The notes under the pieces: generated by a model | Database searches by the model: none | Told to the model about the DNA's origin: nothing | The model's input: the letters and a program-made list of their open reading frames with translations, nothing else | Shown here: one piece after another, positions 36,308-49,646 of the stretch | How the letters are laid out: each line of letters starts with the position of its first letter | How positions within the stretch are numbered: the stretch's first letter is position 1 | Assembly: GCA_038496445.1 (NCBI GenBank) | Contig: JALMLS010000175.1 | Location: 251,753 to 315,752 of the forward strand | DNA length: 64,000 nucleotides | Source of the DNA: Trichosphaerium sp. ATCC 40318 | Taxonomy: Eukaryota > Protista > Tubulinea | Direction: 5' to 3' | Program-made: the position numbers and the translations under genes

Positions 36308-38262
36308 ATGGCAACACGTTATTCGAATATTGGACAACTTGTCACTGTTTCCGCGCGTGGTAAACCGTTTAAGAGTGGAAAGGAGCAAGATGAGGCATGT
36401 TACATCAACTTACTTTTTTTTTGCCTAACTGTTTGTAGATCGACGTAATAGAGAATGCATCGATAATAGTAGGCAAAGATGGTATTATAATAGATGTTGG
36501 TGTCGATTTTGGCGATAAATACAAGGACACCGTCTTTGCCACTGATATTGATTTACAAGGAAAATGCGTTATACCAGGTACTGTTGAATGCGTTTAAAGT
36601 CGTAATTTACGTTTCAGAAATAACGGTTTTACAAAAACACCTCTAAATTGTATCGAAATAGGTATGGTAGATGCTCACACGCATAGTGTATTCAGCGGCG
36701 ATCGGGTACACGAATTCGCAATGAAATTGCGTGGAGCTACCTACATGGACATTCACAAGCAAGGTGGAGGCATTGGATTCACGGTACGGCTTTCGTCAAA
36801 TTCACTCACGTAGAATTCAAAAAAACCTTTAAAAGCCGCTCCAAGTGAGCTCAATCGTATCAAAAACGCGTCAATTATTGTTCGCTTACTTTAAGAGGTA
36901 GGTTAAACACACCCGTCAGAGTTCAGAAGAAGAACTTAAAAAACTGCTTCTTGAGCGTATAGATCGCATGGTAAAAGCTGGTACAACACTTCTGGAGATT
37001 AAAAGCGGTATATACAAACTATCAAGAGTGTAATTATACTAAACCGTGTAGGATATGGCTTGGAAACAGAAACTGAAATGAAAATGTTAAAGGTTCGAAC
37101 ATGATACCTTACACCGTTTTTCTTTTTGTACTGATACATCATGTATGCAGGTTATTGAACAAGCCAGATCAGAGTGTAAAATTGATCTTGTATCAACGTA
37201 CTTGGCGCATTCTCTTCCAAAAGGAATGAATAGTGCTACAGCAACAAAACGTGTTCTTGAAGATGAGATACCTACTTTACAGGTTCGGTATCTTATTATT
37301 TTTTTAGCTCCTTTTGTCATGTGTCTCATACTTAGTCAAGGCGTTGATTAAGAAGGGAGAGTTGAAAACAGAAATAGTAGACGTATTTTGTGAGCAGGTA
37401 AGTGGTTGAGCTTGAAAGAAAAAGAAAAATATAAATAACAGAGTATTTCTTTTACCTTCTCAGCTACTTGTCTAATAATATATTCAGGGCGTATTTGAAA
37501 CTGCAGATAGCAAGGCTATTCTCAAAGCTGGTATGGATATTGGCCTTCACGCCAATTTTCACGGAGATGAAATCAACAACACAAAATCAGGCAAGCTATC
37601 ATATTCTCATTATTTTCTTAACTATTGTTTAGCGGAAATGGCAGGAGAAATAGGCGCTCTTGCTGTGTCACACCTAGAAGAAGTATCTCCCGAGGTACGA
37701 AAGCACAGTATTGGTAATATTTCTCAAATTAACAAAACCACGTGATAGGGCATTGAAGCACTTGCAAAAAGACCAACGATTGCACTTGTTCTACCTACAA
37801 CAGCATATATACTTAAATTAAAACCTCCACCTGCGAGAGCGCTTATAACAAGAGGTTGAGAATTAAAAATTTTGATTGTTTTATCGAAATTATTAATTGT
37901 ATTTTCTTGGTTTTAGGTGTTCCTGTTGCTATTGCAAGTGACTATAATCCTAATGCTCATTGTTTTTCTATGCCACTTGTTATGAACCTTGCTTGTGTTC
38001 TTTGTGGCTTAACTATGAATGAATCTCTTGTTGCTGCAACACTTAACGCTGCTGGTACGTAGTTTGTTTCCGATTCATTTTTGTTTGAAGTTAATTTTTT
38101 TTTATAGCTTCGCTTGGTAAGAGTGATATGTATGGTAGTTTAGAAGTCGGAAAGTACTGTGACTTTCTTGTGATAGATGCTCCTAAATGGGAGCACATTA
38201 TATACCAACTAGGAAGTCCACCAATAAAGCACGTTGTAAAGAAAGGAAAGATAATACAATAA
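36308..38262 (+). CDS. AMDHD1: Imidazolonepropionase (HutI/AMDHD1)
   Basis: PGMVDAHTH.VFSGDRVHEFAMKL.GATYMDIH..GGGI, GTTLLEIKSGYGL, FHGDE, SHLEE, LPTTAY.L, ASDYNPNAH. Confidence 0.95.
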
Positions 38263-38270
38263 AACAAAAT

Positions 38271-38346
38271 CGTAAAAAGTGAACGACTAAGGTCAGAAAA
38301 AGCAAAAACGTAAAAAGTGAACGACTAAGGTCAGAAAAAGCAAAAA
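38271..38346 (+). repeat. Perfect 38-bp tandem duplication
   Basis: CGTAAAAAGTGAACGACTAAGGTCAGAAAAAGCAAAAA twice. Confidence 0.95.
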
Positions 38347-38436
38347 GGTCCATAGCCATTCAGCTAATGTAAAGTATTATGTTTGTACGAATAATCAACG
38401 CATAAACTAGCACGAAAAGTTGGTTTTAGGCTTATA

Positions 38437-39698
38437 ATGGGCAACAAACCCAATAAAATCTCAACATCGGCACCAAAGCAAACTAGTAGCGCTTGTACAA
38501 CAAATGATGCGTTGAAAACCATAAAAAAGGTAAGCGTTGTGATGTACTGAACTAATAACCTCAGATAGCGCTAGAGGACATTACAGACGTACAAGGTGCG
38601 CGTCAGTTATCTTTAAACACGTTAATTGGATCGTTTAAGCGATTAAAACGATAAAAGCGTCAAACAATATTGTAATTGGGCGTTTGGGCTCTGAGCGCGT
38701 TTGTATTAAATGGCACGCTTCAAGGGTGCTCTTTGAATACGAAACAACCAAACACTCGGCAGTGCAGGCCCATAAACATGTTCTACGGCTTATTGGTACC
38801 TCAGACGCTATATACCCGTGCTCTAATAACGCGTCAAAAGGTGTCATTATTGAGGAAACGAGATTTGGTATAGTAACTCCTTTTTATGACAAAGGCGACT
38901 TAGAACACTACATCAAGACGTTAGCACGTCTTCCTTGTACTCTTTGTATCTATGCTAACTAACTTTAAGGCACGAAAACTTGGATATAAAGGAGGTAACT
39001 TCGCTATGCTTGGATGTAGCACGTGCAATGAAACATATTATTGCAAAGGGTGTATTACTTAGAGATTTGGCTCTTCGCAGTACGCCACAACTTGATATGA
39101 ACCAGGAAGAGGTATTATCTAATACATGTAAGATATTCTACTTTGTGAAGTCACACAAGATAATAATACTCCGAGGCTTCAAGCAGTAATAGCAGGTTAT
39201 AACTTTTTATCACGTGACTTGCTAAATTCTAAATTAGATTTTGGTTTCTCTATTAACATGGGAGATGATAGTAGAGTTGTAGATAAAGTCACAAGCGGGC
39301 CTTTTAGGATTATGGCACCTGAATCTCTTAGGGATGGATTATTTTCAGAAGCTTCAGAAGTATGGAGCTTTGGTGTGATGCTTTATTGTATCTTGGCCAA
39401 AAAACGTGCGAAAACAAGCTTGTTGTTCTATGAATACGCTAACACTGTTACAATAGGACCTTATGCTACAGTACAAAACCAAGATGTAGTAGAAGATATT
39501 ATCAACGGTTTTACACCGCTAATATTACCAACAGAGGTAGTACTGATGTTTGTTGAGTGCGCAACGCTAAATTATTTTTGTTGCAAATAGTTTGATAGTG
39601 GTTTGGCTCAGCTAGGTCAAAAATGCTTATCTCGTATGCCAGAAGACAGACCAACATTTTCCTCGATTATTGAAAACCTAAGCAACACTATCCAGTGA
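38437..39698 (+). CDS. Tyrosine-kinase-like protein kinase, putatively N-myristoylated, possible pseudokinase
   Basis: MGNK start; VCIK, LRDLALRNILL, DFG, GPFRIMAPESL, SEVWSFGV, C....PEDRPTF. Confidence 0.85.
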
Positions 39699-39885
39699 TA
39701 TTGGTCATGCAAAATGTAAAATAAACAAGTTTGTAGCCAACTGAAACACTACTTTTCTAAAATCAGATAGCTCTTTGTAATAACGTCTGTACTTCTAAAT
39801 TAGAAAGTGACTATTGAACAAGTTGTTGAGTAAGCAATTAAGTCATTGTGTCACGTGACTAGTCCAATTCTTTTAGAAAAGGCAC

Positions 39886-41597
39886 ATGTCACATATTATA
39901 GCGAATTATCACGTATGGTGGCTAGATTTAGTCATACCAGGGCTCACAGCGTTTGTATGCAACCTTAGCGCAGGCGCTACTGGATTTGGCATGGCTATTC
40001 TCTTTCACGTGCTATACCAGTTCTGGTGGCTTTTCTTTGAGCTAAAACACCGCGGACAAATGGTTTCCCTTGTAGCGTGGTAAATTTTTCTACCCCAGAT
40101 ATCTCTTATCTGATATTTACTTTTTTAAGGCTTGATGTGATGTCTACAGCGTCTTCAGTTCTCCTACTGTTTATGGTCTTTAAAGAGATTAATTGGAAGT
40201 TATTCTTGTTCATGATGCCTCCTATGTGTATATTTGGTATTATTGGCGCTTTCACGCTACTAAAAACACCTCCATATGCTTTAAAAGTGGGATTAGGTAA
40301 CTTGTAATTTTTTCACATGTTTTTTTTGTTTTTCGTTCTTACTTTCTGTTCAAGGATCAATGTTTTTGGTCTTTACAGTGTACCGTATATGTATAGATCT
40401 TAATAGAACAGATTATGGGTTAAAATTCAGAAGATACATGAAGCTAGAGGTTCCCGATGATGTTTCAAAGGCATCAACTTTGCAAGTTATTTTTTCGAAG
40501 TTGTTTCCCACGAAGTCTCGTAATGATAAGCTTGAAAATGGTGTTCCAATATCAATGGGTATTGTGTACGTTATTTATTTTCTCACGTTTTTCTTCTTTG
40601 ATCACGTGATTTTTTGCGTATCGTTTCTGACTTCAATAACTGTTGATATTCAGGTCTATTATCGTTGGTAGTATCAGTGGATTTCTAAGAGGTACGGGTG
40701 TTCAAAAGGGGACCCACTCTTCTGCTGTTTGAGTTTTTGATCACATACTATTTTTTTAGTTTCGTTGATTTTAACAGTTGTATTTTAGGTATTGCCGGTC
40801 CTGGTGGTCCTCCTATTATGATGTTTGTTATTATATACGAACTTGATAAGTCTATTGTTCGTAGCGTTATATCTGCAACTACTTTTTTTGATTCAATTGG
40901 AATTGATATGTATCTTCTTATTTACAAAAAGAAATTTGATATTGATGATTTACCTCAATACACAGTCCTATGTTTATGCGGCTTAGTAAGTTTTACATTC
41001 TATATACATTCACTCTACTTTTAGAAGCTTATTTATTTGCAAAAGCTGTTACGGTTTGCCTATACGCAAAGCCAAAACTGTTCTTTAATACCACGTGAAT
41101 CTTACTTTTTTTTTAGTTTGGTCTTGTATGCGGTAATTGGTTGCACTATCATATTGATACACAAGTTGTTATGAGAGCACTTCTTTTTTTGTTAATTGCC
41201 GCTTCTTTAGTAATGTTTGAACTTCCTGCTGTATTCGTTGTGTCAGCATTTGGGATTTTCGGATTATTTGGTAAATTCCTTTTTTATTTTTTCTTTTTGA
41301 AGTGTCGACTTACATGTGCTGACGGAATTACTAGGCCTTGCGTATTTTATAATCCGAGTTGTACAAAAATGTACGGCAAAAGGCGAAATTAAAAAAAAAA
41401 ATGGACTTCTAGAAGACGACAAGGACGAGTATGGTTTTTTTTTTGAAGAGTTTATAATAACAACTAACTGTTATTCCTACTGTAGTGACGTTTTTCAAAT
41501 ATCAGAATTTCCTGCATTGTCAACATCTGAGGAAGATGAAGATAACTCCATTGTACCTTTAGATCTATCCAGCGATGCCGAAGAGGTCAGTCTCTGA
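39886..41597 (+). CDS. TauE/SafE-family membrane transporter
   Basis: Many TM segments; GATGFGMAI and GPGGPPIMM glycine motifs in two halves. Confidence 0.75.
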
Positions 41598-41679
41598 AAC
41601 TCTCAATAAAAGAAACATCAAGAAAAATGATTGTACAGGTGACTGTTTTCATATTGCAGTGGCTTCAATAGAGCTACCA

Positions 41680-42420
41680 AAGACTGAGAGGGTTTGATAT
41701 CCACCAAAACTATTGTCCAGTTTATACAAGGTACACGCAAGCTAAGTATTATAGAGACCTTTGGTTGTCCTGGGCTAGTAAGCACCAAATACGGAAATAG
41801 TTTGGTTGAAAAACTAGATTTGTTGATTTTAGTATTTCCTTACTTTTTCCATCCATCAAGCGACATATAGCATCATGACAGAGGATGAAAAATTTGCAAT
41901 GCATACTACTAGGTTACCTGTAGAAAAAACGATTGCCATTGAAGCCAATATACCGCTACAGTACAATGATTTCTCAGTTGTATTCTAGGTTGATCAAAGC
42001 GATTATTCACAGTTGCACTGGAGGAAAGTTGAAATAAAACTTATTGGTGGGCTATTATACCTAATAGAAGTGTCGATCAACATGTGTATTAGCCAGGAAT
42101 AGTAATACATTTGAAAAGTAGCTTACATATTCACTGCTACGTGCATCTTTTGTTAGCACAATTTATATGCACGTGTCGCGAATAGATAAATTAGTATCGC
42201 TTTTGCGCTTACAGGAAATCCTAAAGTTGTGTTTGTGGATGAACCTATCGCTGGATTAGATCCTGGAATAGACGGCTTATGGTAAGTTTTACAACAAGCA
42301 AACGTATCAATTGATATCATCAACTATTGTGCTTTACGAAAAACAGAGTGTTTATTTTAGAACGCACTCAATGACTGAACCGCTCGCATATGTACGAACT
42401 ATACGTACTATGGGAAGTCG
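41680..42420 (+). pseudogene. ABCA-type ABC transporter remnant
   Basis: SIAFALTGNPKVVFVDEPIAGLDP (Walker B / D-loop) at ~42192-42265 and a HSMTE H-loop-like motif; surrounding frames are broken. Confidence 0.7.
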
Positions 42421-42826
42421 ACATATTAATTACTTTCTCAAGACTTGCTTGAGACAGTCCCAATGTTTAATCGTAAGTAACAATTAGTCGCAGAATAAAC
42501 TAAGAAAGGACAAGAAACCAGTTACGCAATTTAACGCAAGGCAACTTTTAAACGGTCGCTCAACTACAACTTAGCGTAAGATATACGATGACAGGCTGTT
42601 CAAGACGTCAACTCTACGCCAAACGATAGCTGATGTCAGAACGAACCAGAAAAAAGCAACGTTGGTAACTGAAACTCAACACACGGAAAGAACTTATGAT
42701 TCGTCAACTATCGCACTAACAAGAAACAAGAAGACGTTCAACAGTATAACAATAACAAGAAACAAGAACGACAGTCAACAATATAAGTTGTTATTTATTT
42801 AAACAGTTCAGTAGAATAGTATTTCG

Positions 42827-43774
42827 TTAGTTGTTAACCCTAAGTCCATTTACTTCTTCTTGGATCCTGTTGCTTCCTGAAACGTCCATTTTAATTTGAT
42901 AGAAGAATCCAGTACCGGTTTCAGAAGGCATTTTGATTGTAACAGGAACAACACCTTGTCCGCTATTTACAGTAACAGTCTTACCAGAAGTCTTCCAGTT
43001 GTATCTGCTTCCTCCAGTTTGTCTGAAAATAAGTACTCTAATAGTAGAACGGCTGGTTGTAGAGTAGGCTACGTTCAATGTAACGGTTTGACTTCTTCTA
43101 CTAGACAGAGGCGGGTTGACAAGTTGTACTGCCTTTCCGCTTAGACGTGGACCGTTGTTGTTGTTATTGTTGTTGTTGTTGTTATTGTTGTTGTTGTTGT
43201 TGTTGTTGTTCGAGGATCCAACTTTAACAAACTTGAAGTAGTTCAAGTTGAGCTCTGCAGATTTGAACGTGATTCTGACATCGCGAACTCCTGAGTTGAT
43301 TCTACCGAGGGTAGCTTCAGCGTTTGCCCAAGTTTGCCATCCTTCAGTAGCGTCAAACTCAACGGTAGTTGTTTTATCGTTAATAGTAACGTCAATATAC
43401 TTTTTCTCGTCACCGTCTGCAGCAACACGAAGCATAATCTTGTAGTCAGCATCTTGTTTGAAATCCACTCTGTATTCGAGCCATTCGTTTCTTGCGACCC
43501 AACCAACGTTACAGTTGCCTCCAGTAGAGTCATCTGTTGGTTGAAAATCTACAAGTTTGGAACCACCTCTGTTATTTGGAGCGCAATTTGAAGGTCCTGA
43601 GAAAAGCAGTTAGCTACAATCGAAGGAGAAATCGAAAAGAAAAAAAAAAAAGGATAAAAAAAGCTGATTAAAAAAAACGTACCAGAGTTACCGGTTGTAG
43701 TATCATAGAACTTCCTGAAGTGTTGGGCTTGAACAGTTCCAGGAGCAACGTGATTGAAGTTTTGACCATTTCCG

Positions 43775-43806
<32 letters not shown>

Positions 43807-44631
43807 CATTGGAGGTGGAGGTGGTGGCGGTGGAGGGTTGTTGTTGTTGCCGCTGTTCATTGGGTTTGAGCCGTATCTGCTAGCAAGTACGAGTGGTTTG
43901 TTCTTTGCATTATACTCACGGGGATCAAGTGGTCCTGTAGTATAGGACTTACCTGTTTCACGGCCGAGCTCATCTTTACATGGGCGAGCGAACTTGCATT
44001 CACCTACTCTTGTAGTTCTAGATTTGCAAGTCTTTTTGCCAACAGGGTAAGAATCTGTAAGTCTAGCACCGCCTTTGACGCGGACACTGGCACAACTGTA
44101 GTAATCTCCGCCATCAGAACCGCCGAACCAAGTCCATTGGAAGATGTATTCTCCGTCAGGAATAGAGGTAGGGAATGTGAATTGTGACTTGTAAATGATA
44201 TCACGTTTGTCGTCATCACATCTGTAGTAAATGTTGTCGCGAGGGCACGTTGCACGTTGTACTGTTGGGTGGTCGCTGAAGCAATCATAGAAGATAGTGT
44301 ATTGGTGGAATGCAGACGCTTGTTTGAGGTATTTCCATGGTACAATAGCAACTCTAATATAGCCGGAGTTGTGGTTGTTTTTAGCCCAATCATAGGTGTA
44401 TCTTTTACCTCTCTGGTACGTCTTTGTTACCTTCATGTCGAGCCTGCTGTAATTCTCGCAAGGTCCAGGACAATTGTTTCCAGTACGTTGAGGGTTGTTT
44501 ACTCTACAACCTCCTACACCGTTTGCTCCAGGTGAAATAGGCATAGGATCGCTGTAGATATAAGAGTGCGATACTGCGTTGTGTACGCAGGCTAGCGCTA
44601 CGATGAAGCATAGAATATGCCTTGCTAACAT
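42827..44631 (-). CDS. Secreted AA17-like lytic polysaccharide monooxygenase + CBM6-like module + C-terminal beta domain; one intron 43597-43682
   Basis: Signal peptide ending AVS|H (His1); WAKNNHNSGYIRVAIVP; YIFQWTWFGG..DYYSCASVRVKGG; CBM6-like VGWVARNEWLEYRV..RVA..TEGWQTW..NLNYFKF; poly-Asn/Pro linkers. Confidence 0.8.
43154..43210. repeat. (AAC/AAT)n microsatellite encoding a poly-Asn linker; a second tract at ~43774-43806
   Basis: gttgttgtt tracts in frame within the LPMO gene. Confidence 0.95.
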
Positions 44632-46210
44632 GTTGTTTGTGGGGTGTATCTCGTGTGGTGGGTGTTGGGTGTTTTTTGGTTTCTATCGCCGCGTTAGGAA
44701 AGTGGCGTTCTTAATTAGGCAAGTTTATGCACAAAAGGATACGGTAGTCTAATGACCTTAATGAAGTTCCTATTAACGTCACTATACTGTGTTCGGAAGT
44801 TTGGTTTAAAAATAAAACCGCTTCTCTCTTCGCGTTGATAATGTGCGCATAACACTCGCTTTGTAGTGCTAGCGCTGTAAGGACACCGTACGCTAGTGAT
44901 TGCTGTTACGGAACTACCGTACTTACAACAAAAGAAAGTTCACTATTAATTTAGAGGCTTTCGGTTACATTACAGTAACCCACAGTTACGAATATAAGAT
45001 AGCGACATAACTAGCTCTCGTCAATTGCATATTTTCTAACTCTGGAAAATAGTGATAGTGCACAATTAACCAATGCTATGACGTTTAAAAGCACAACAAA
45101 ATGTAGAATTCTAGTTGATAGTTGGAAAATACGAAGGTAGACGCGAAAATCGTCGTGCAGTTCAAGTTTCTTATTATAAACAACAAAAAACACTATACGC
45201 AGTAAGAACAAACACATTCATCGATATAGAGGTGTAAAAGAAACTTCAGTTTGGGTACAAAAATGCTCAGACTGTCGTCATTTTCAAACTGTTCGGGGTC
45301 TTCCTTCCCGAAACAAATCTAACTCGGCATCTTGTTTTCCGAAACCGCTGGAAGTCAAAGAAAGAGAATAGCTAGATAGAAGTAAACCAAAATGGAAACC
45401 GACCGTTTTGAGAAAGCAACAGCCAAGAGTTTCGAGTACGTGTTTGAAAATCGTCTCTGTGCATTCTTAGGTATCATCGCCATTTTGAGAGATAGGAACT
45501 TCCCATCCACAAATAAGGAGATCGTGATTCTCAAAAATAACTTCTTGGCAAGTGGTAGGCTGTGCGCCTTTCTGAGTCTTGAAAAAAGCCTAGACACTTT
45601 CGTTGGCAACATTTCCTACATTGAAAAAACTATGTACACAGGTGGGAATGGTCCGAACAGTGTACTGTTCGTTGTTATGTATTGTTTTCGATAGCTTCAA
45701 GTCCACTGCGTGGATTTTAGTACGTATCTGTTGGAACCCTGTTTAGATAATATCACACTACCCATGCCGCAACTATAACTCTCCAACGTTATTGGATCGA
45801 TTGCACTTCTTACACCTAGACCAGGATCATGCAATTTATTGCTATCCGTCTCGTTTTCGACATAAAACTGTGACAGCAGCAACATCCATTGTTTGATTTC
45901 TACAAAACTCTACCAACGCTCCAAACAGTGGTACTCAGTATCACGCATCTATACGCTGCAATTCATAAACAACCGCCGTTTATTGCTACATCCTTTCTTT
46001 CAAGTTAGAACCAAAACACGTGTTTTGAATTGTTGTGCTTGTTTGGGTATTTAGCTGTCATAAGCTTAGCGTTATATTGTTTTAACAATACTCGATTGTT
46101 ATGAGGACTACGACTTCTTCTTCAAGAAACTGAGAAGCCCTTGAGTAGCAACAAGAACTTGCGACAACGCGAAACAAAAATGTTCTGTTTATTTGTTAGA
46201 CCTTCTACTA

Positions 46211-48567
46211 CTAAAATATAGTCGTGCAATGTATATCTACATCTACTTGTAGGTCGGTCTCTGCAAAGGCCTGGCCAACTTCTCTCTCTGAATGAAATAA
46301 ATCTAAATCTAGTTCCTCTTCAGGAGGAAACAATTCTAATTCGTCTTGTATAGATAAACAGTTCTCTACAGGCTCTAGAATATCGTAGTTTGGTTCTGTA
46401 TCAATACGAGGTTCCGTATCGCTTGACAAAACTGTATCCATACCAAACATCTTCAACAAACGTTTCTTATCATATTCCAAGCCACGTTCATCTGCCAATA
46501 TCAGTAAAGACCTACAAAGATTCCAACCATTAGAAGCTTGTAGGTGTAGCGAATTGAAACTTACCCTATCAAGTGTTCAGAGCCCGTGAATTTATTGTGT
46601 AGTAGAATCATAATCTAGGAGTTTATAAACAAACAGTTTGTGTTAATATATTGTAGAAAACTGACCTCTTGTAGAAATGGTACGTCGTTATTATGAATTG
46701 AAATAATACCAAGATCGTGTAGAATATGCTTATGGTGAGGGCTATCAGGGTAGATGGCACAACCATAAAATAACTCTTTACTTTTCTAAACCAAAAGTGT
46801 CAACGATATTTTTTTCCTTCGAATTTTTTTTTAACTTGACTTACCCTTAGAGCTTCTTGTATGTGTCCTCCGGCGAAGTATATAAGCGCAGAAATCCCAG
46901 TACTCATTGTTAAGAACCTTACATACATTTCAGGGTACCGCCTTGGATCTAGTACATGTGTAGCACGTTTCTTAACTCTTGTATGTCTGTATAAAAAATG
47001 TGTAAATTCCTCCTCAGACTTTAATCCTCATTTTAGGTTAGCAATTTCCTGATTTAATACTTTAATAGATTTCTCGTACAATACTATATAGCCTATAAGC
47101 CACACCTGTGGACGGCGGTTGTTGTCTCGAAATTGTAAGCCACATCTTAAACGACCATTAAACGCTTCAAAAACTAAAGAGCTTCCAAAAAGACTAAAAA
47201 AAAGTCCTACCTTTCCAAAAGCTAACCACATCATTTGAGTTGCTAGAGCTAAAGATGGTCTAGAGGTTCTTTTCCTGTGTTTGAAGAATTCGTCACTTAT
47301 TACTTGCAAGTGACGAAGAGCGTTTTCCCTGTAAAAATAAAAGCGTAAGTAATTCTCAGTTTTTTCATGATTTTTGATAAGTTTACCTATCTGTAAACAC
47401 GTGATGAGAGTATAACCGAACACCTCTTTCTACAAGTTTAAGATGTTTAAACGATGAATAAGAAGGATCATTAACAAGTGTAGATAGCATATCTACGCAC
47501 TACTTAGCTGAACAAAAGCCTAACTGTAACATACTTTTGGCCTTTTTAGTGTACAAAGATACTTCCGGCTTTCCAGCAAAGAATCCAGAATCTTTACCCA
47601 GGAGAACCAAGCCAGCTACCATAAGCATTAGATGTGATACTGGTATAACTTGTGACGTACTAGCAACAGAAGGGTGAACCATTTCATTAAGGTTAGAATA
47701 TACTTGCTCACAAACATCGAAAAGTTTTTCAGATGCTCTCGGGAAAATATGACGCGCTCCTGTGGCAATTATAGAGAGTATTTCAAATATAGTAGGGTCA
47801 GCAGACCACGCTAAAACGCTATTAACATTATACAGCGCTCAAAAGAGCCAAACAAAGCACGTACATGTACAGTTTCGTATTGCCGAGATAATGTTTTCAG
47901 AGTTCCAATGTCGAAGTGGTACGCCCTTTAGAGATGAATTAGAAGTGCTGGTAAGCTTGTTATACGCCTTACAAACTCTGGAAAGTATATCCTTTCATAA
48001 TTCATTAGCCACGTCGTAACACACGACGAAACGTTCAAGTCTATACACAGGTTCCATAAAACACTCTGAGAAAAGAAAAAAAATTATTCTTCAGAATTAT
48101 AATTTAGTTTGAGGTGGTATTATTTGTTTACCCAAGTACGTTAACGCTCAAAAAGCGTAATAAAACAATGTTGTCTAAAAGTTTAACTACTATTTTACGG
48201 TTTCTCTGATAAATACCTGGTTTGTGGTAAGCTTAGAGAACTGCTTACGCCAATGTTCTGCCTCACGTGATTGTAAAGCGAGTTGTGCTCTAAGGCGTTC
48301 TATAGTCGCTAATTGTTGTTCATCTAAGTTTAAAGTAAATTAAACAGTACATTAGGAACATATATATCACGTGCTTGATACTGGTCCTCTTTTTTTGGGT
48401 TTTGCGAAAATACATTCAATATTTCTTGCAATACAACGCCCGCAAGGCTTTCCTCCATCACACTTTGTATGTGACTTACGACAAGCTATACAAGCATGAC
48501 TGCCGCGTTTTGTAGCTCTGAAACTCAGTTCTAAACGTCGTCTTTTTAATGGAGGTTCTGTAGTCAT
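46211..48567 (-). CDS. Zn(II)2Cys6 binuclear-cluster transcription factor, multi-exon
   Basis: ACIACRKSHTKCDGGKPCGRCIARNIEC..KKRGP; NLS KRRR; acidic C-terminus. Confidence 0.85.
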
Positions 48568-49646
48568 AGGAAGCAGTATTTGAAGGTTGAAGGTGTTATT
48601 TATGTTCGTTTTAAGCAATAATGCGAAGTCAAGCACAGTTTGCAGAATTTACAAAAGTTGTTCGCTACAAGTCGAGTTTATCACAGTATCGTTAGGTCAT
48701 AAATAATGTGGAGTTGGTGTGAGAAAAAATACCAATGTGAATGTGACGCTAGGACCGCTAGAGTAAAAACTGAGTAAAAGTAAAACTGAAAAGTTAACAG
48801 AAATGTGCGGCCAAGTTTGCGTGTCTACGCTCTTTCCGTATCTATTTCTTTTTATTCAAACTCCGGGTATTGCTTGTTATTGATACACTCTCGGAATGGT
48901 CGTTTACGAGAAGATATGAACAAAGTCAGTTCACTCTAATTCTTCAAATTAATAATCATAAGTTAATTCTCTGCCGTCTCGAGGCACGTGTTTCTTGTTT
49001 GAACGGAGTTTTATTAAAAACCACTAAACAAGCGTGGAATTAACCCAGTGGTATGTACAAGTACGTATATACGACCAGAGCTAGGTAAAGAGTAATTCAG
49101 TCTCGTGTGTTTGTTTTCGATTTAACCAGCAGTCATTTAGATACCGCATTCATACTGGTAGTTACAACCCTATGTAATATAGACGACAGTAAATAGTTTA
49201 GCAGTAATACATATGTGTATCGTGCAGTACCAGGTTTCAGAGACGACGAAAGGAAAGCAAAAGGCGTCAATTTGCTGTTACTCTTAACAGACATACAGGA
49301 CAATACAATAGAGCCAGTTACTTAGGCCAATTCTTACCACAATACCAATCAATCAGCTGTTTAAAGTTGTGAAGTAGTTTCACAATGAACCATAATGGGA
49401 TGCTTAGAATGAGTAAATTTTGTTAAAATGGAATGAACTTTAAGAAGATGGGTTTGAAATTTGGCGGCATGTTGTTTTTCTTCGAAATCTGTTCTTTTGG
49501 AGACCTTTTGTACAACATTTTTGCAGAAAACAGCACATTTTTTAGTCAATCGTGGCTCTAATCAATTTCGCGAAAAGTTGTGTAAGCCAATCATTTCGCT
49601 CGCAACAAACCAAACCAAACTAAAGCTAACGATTGACTTCTGCGCA

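Noticed and set aside
45011-46200. Short ORFs between the LPMO and Zn2Cys6 genes
   Set aside because: No recognisable motif or consistent splice model; may be a decayed gene but cannot be supported
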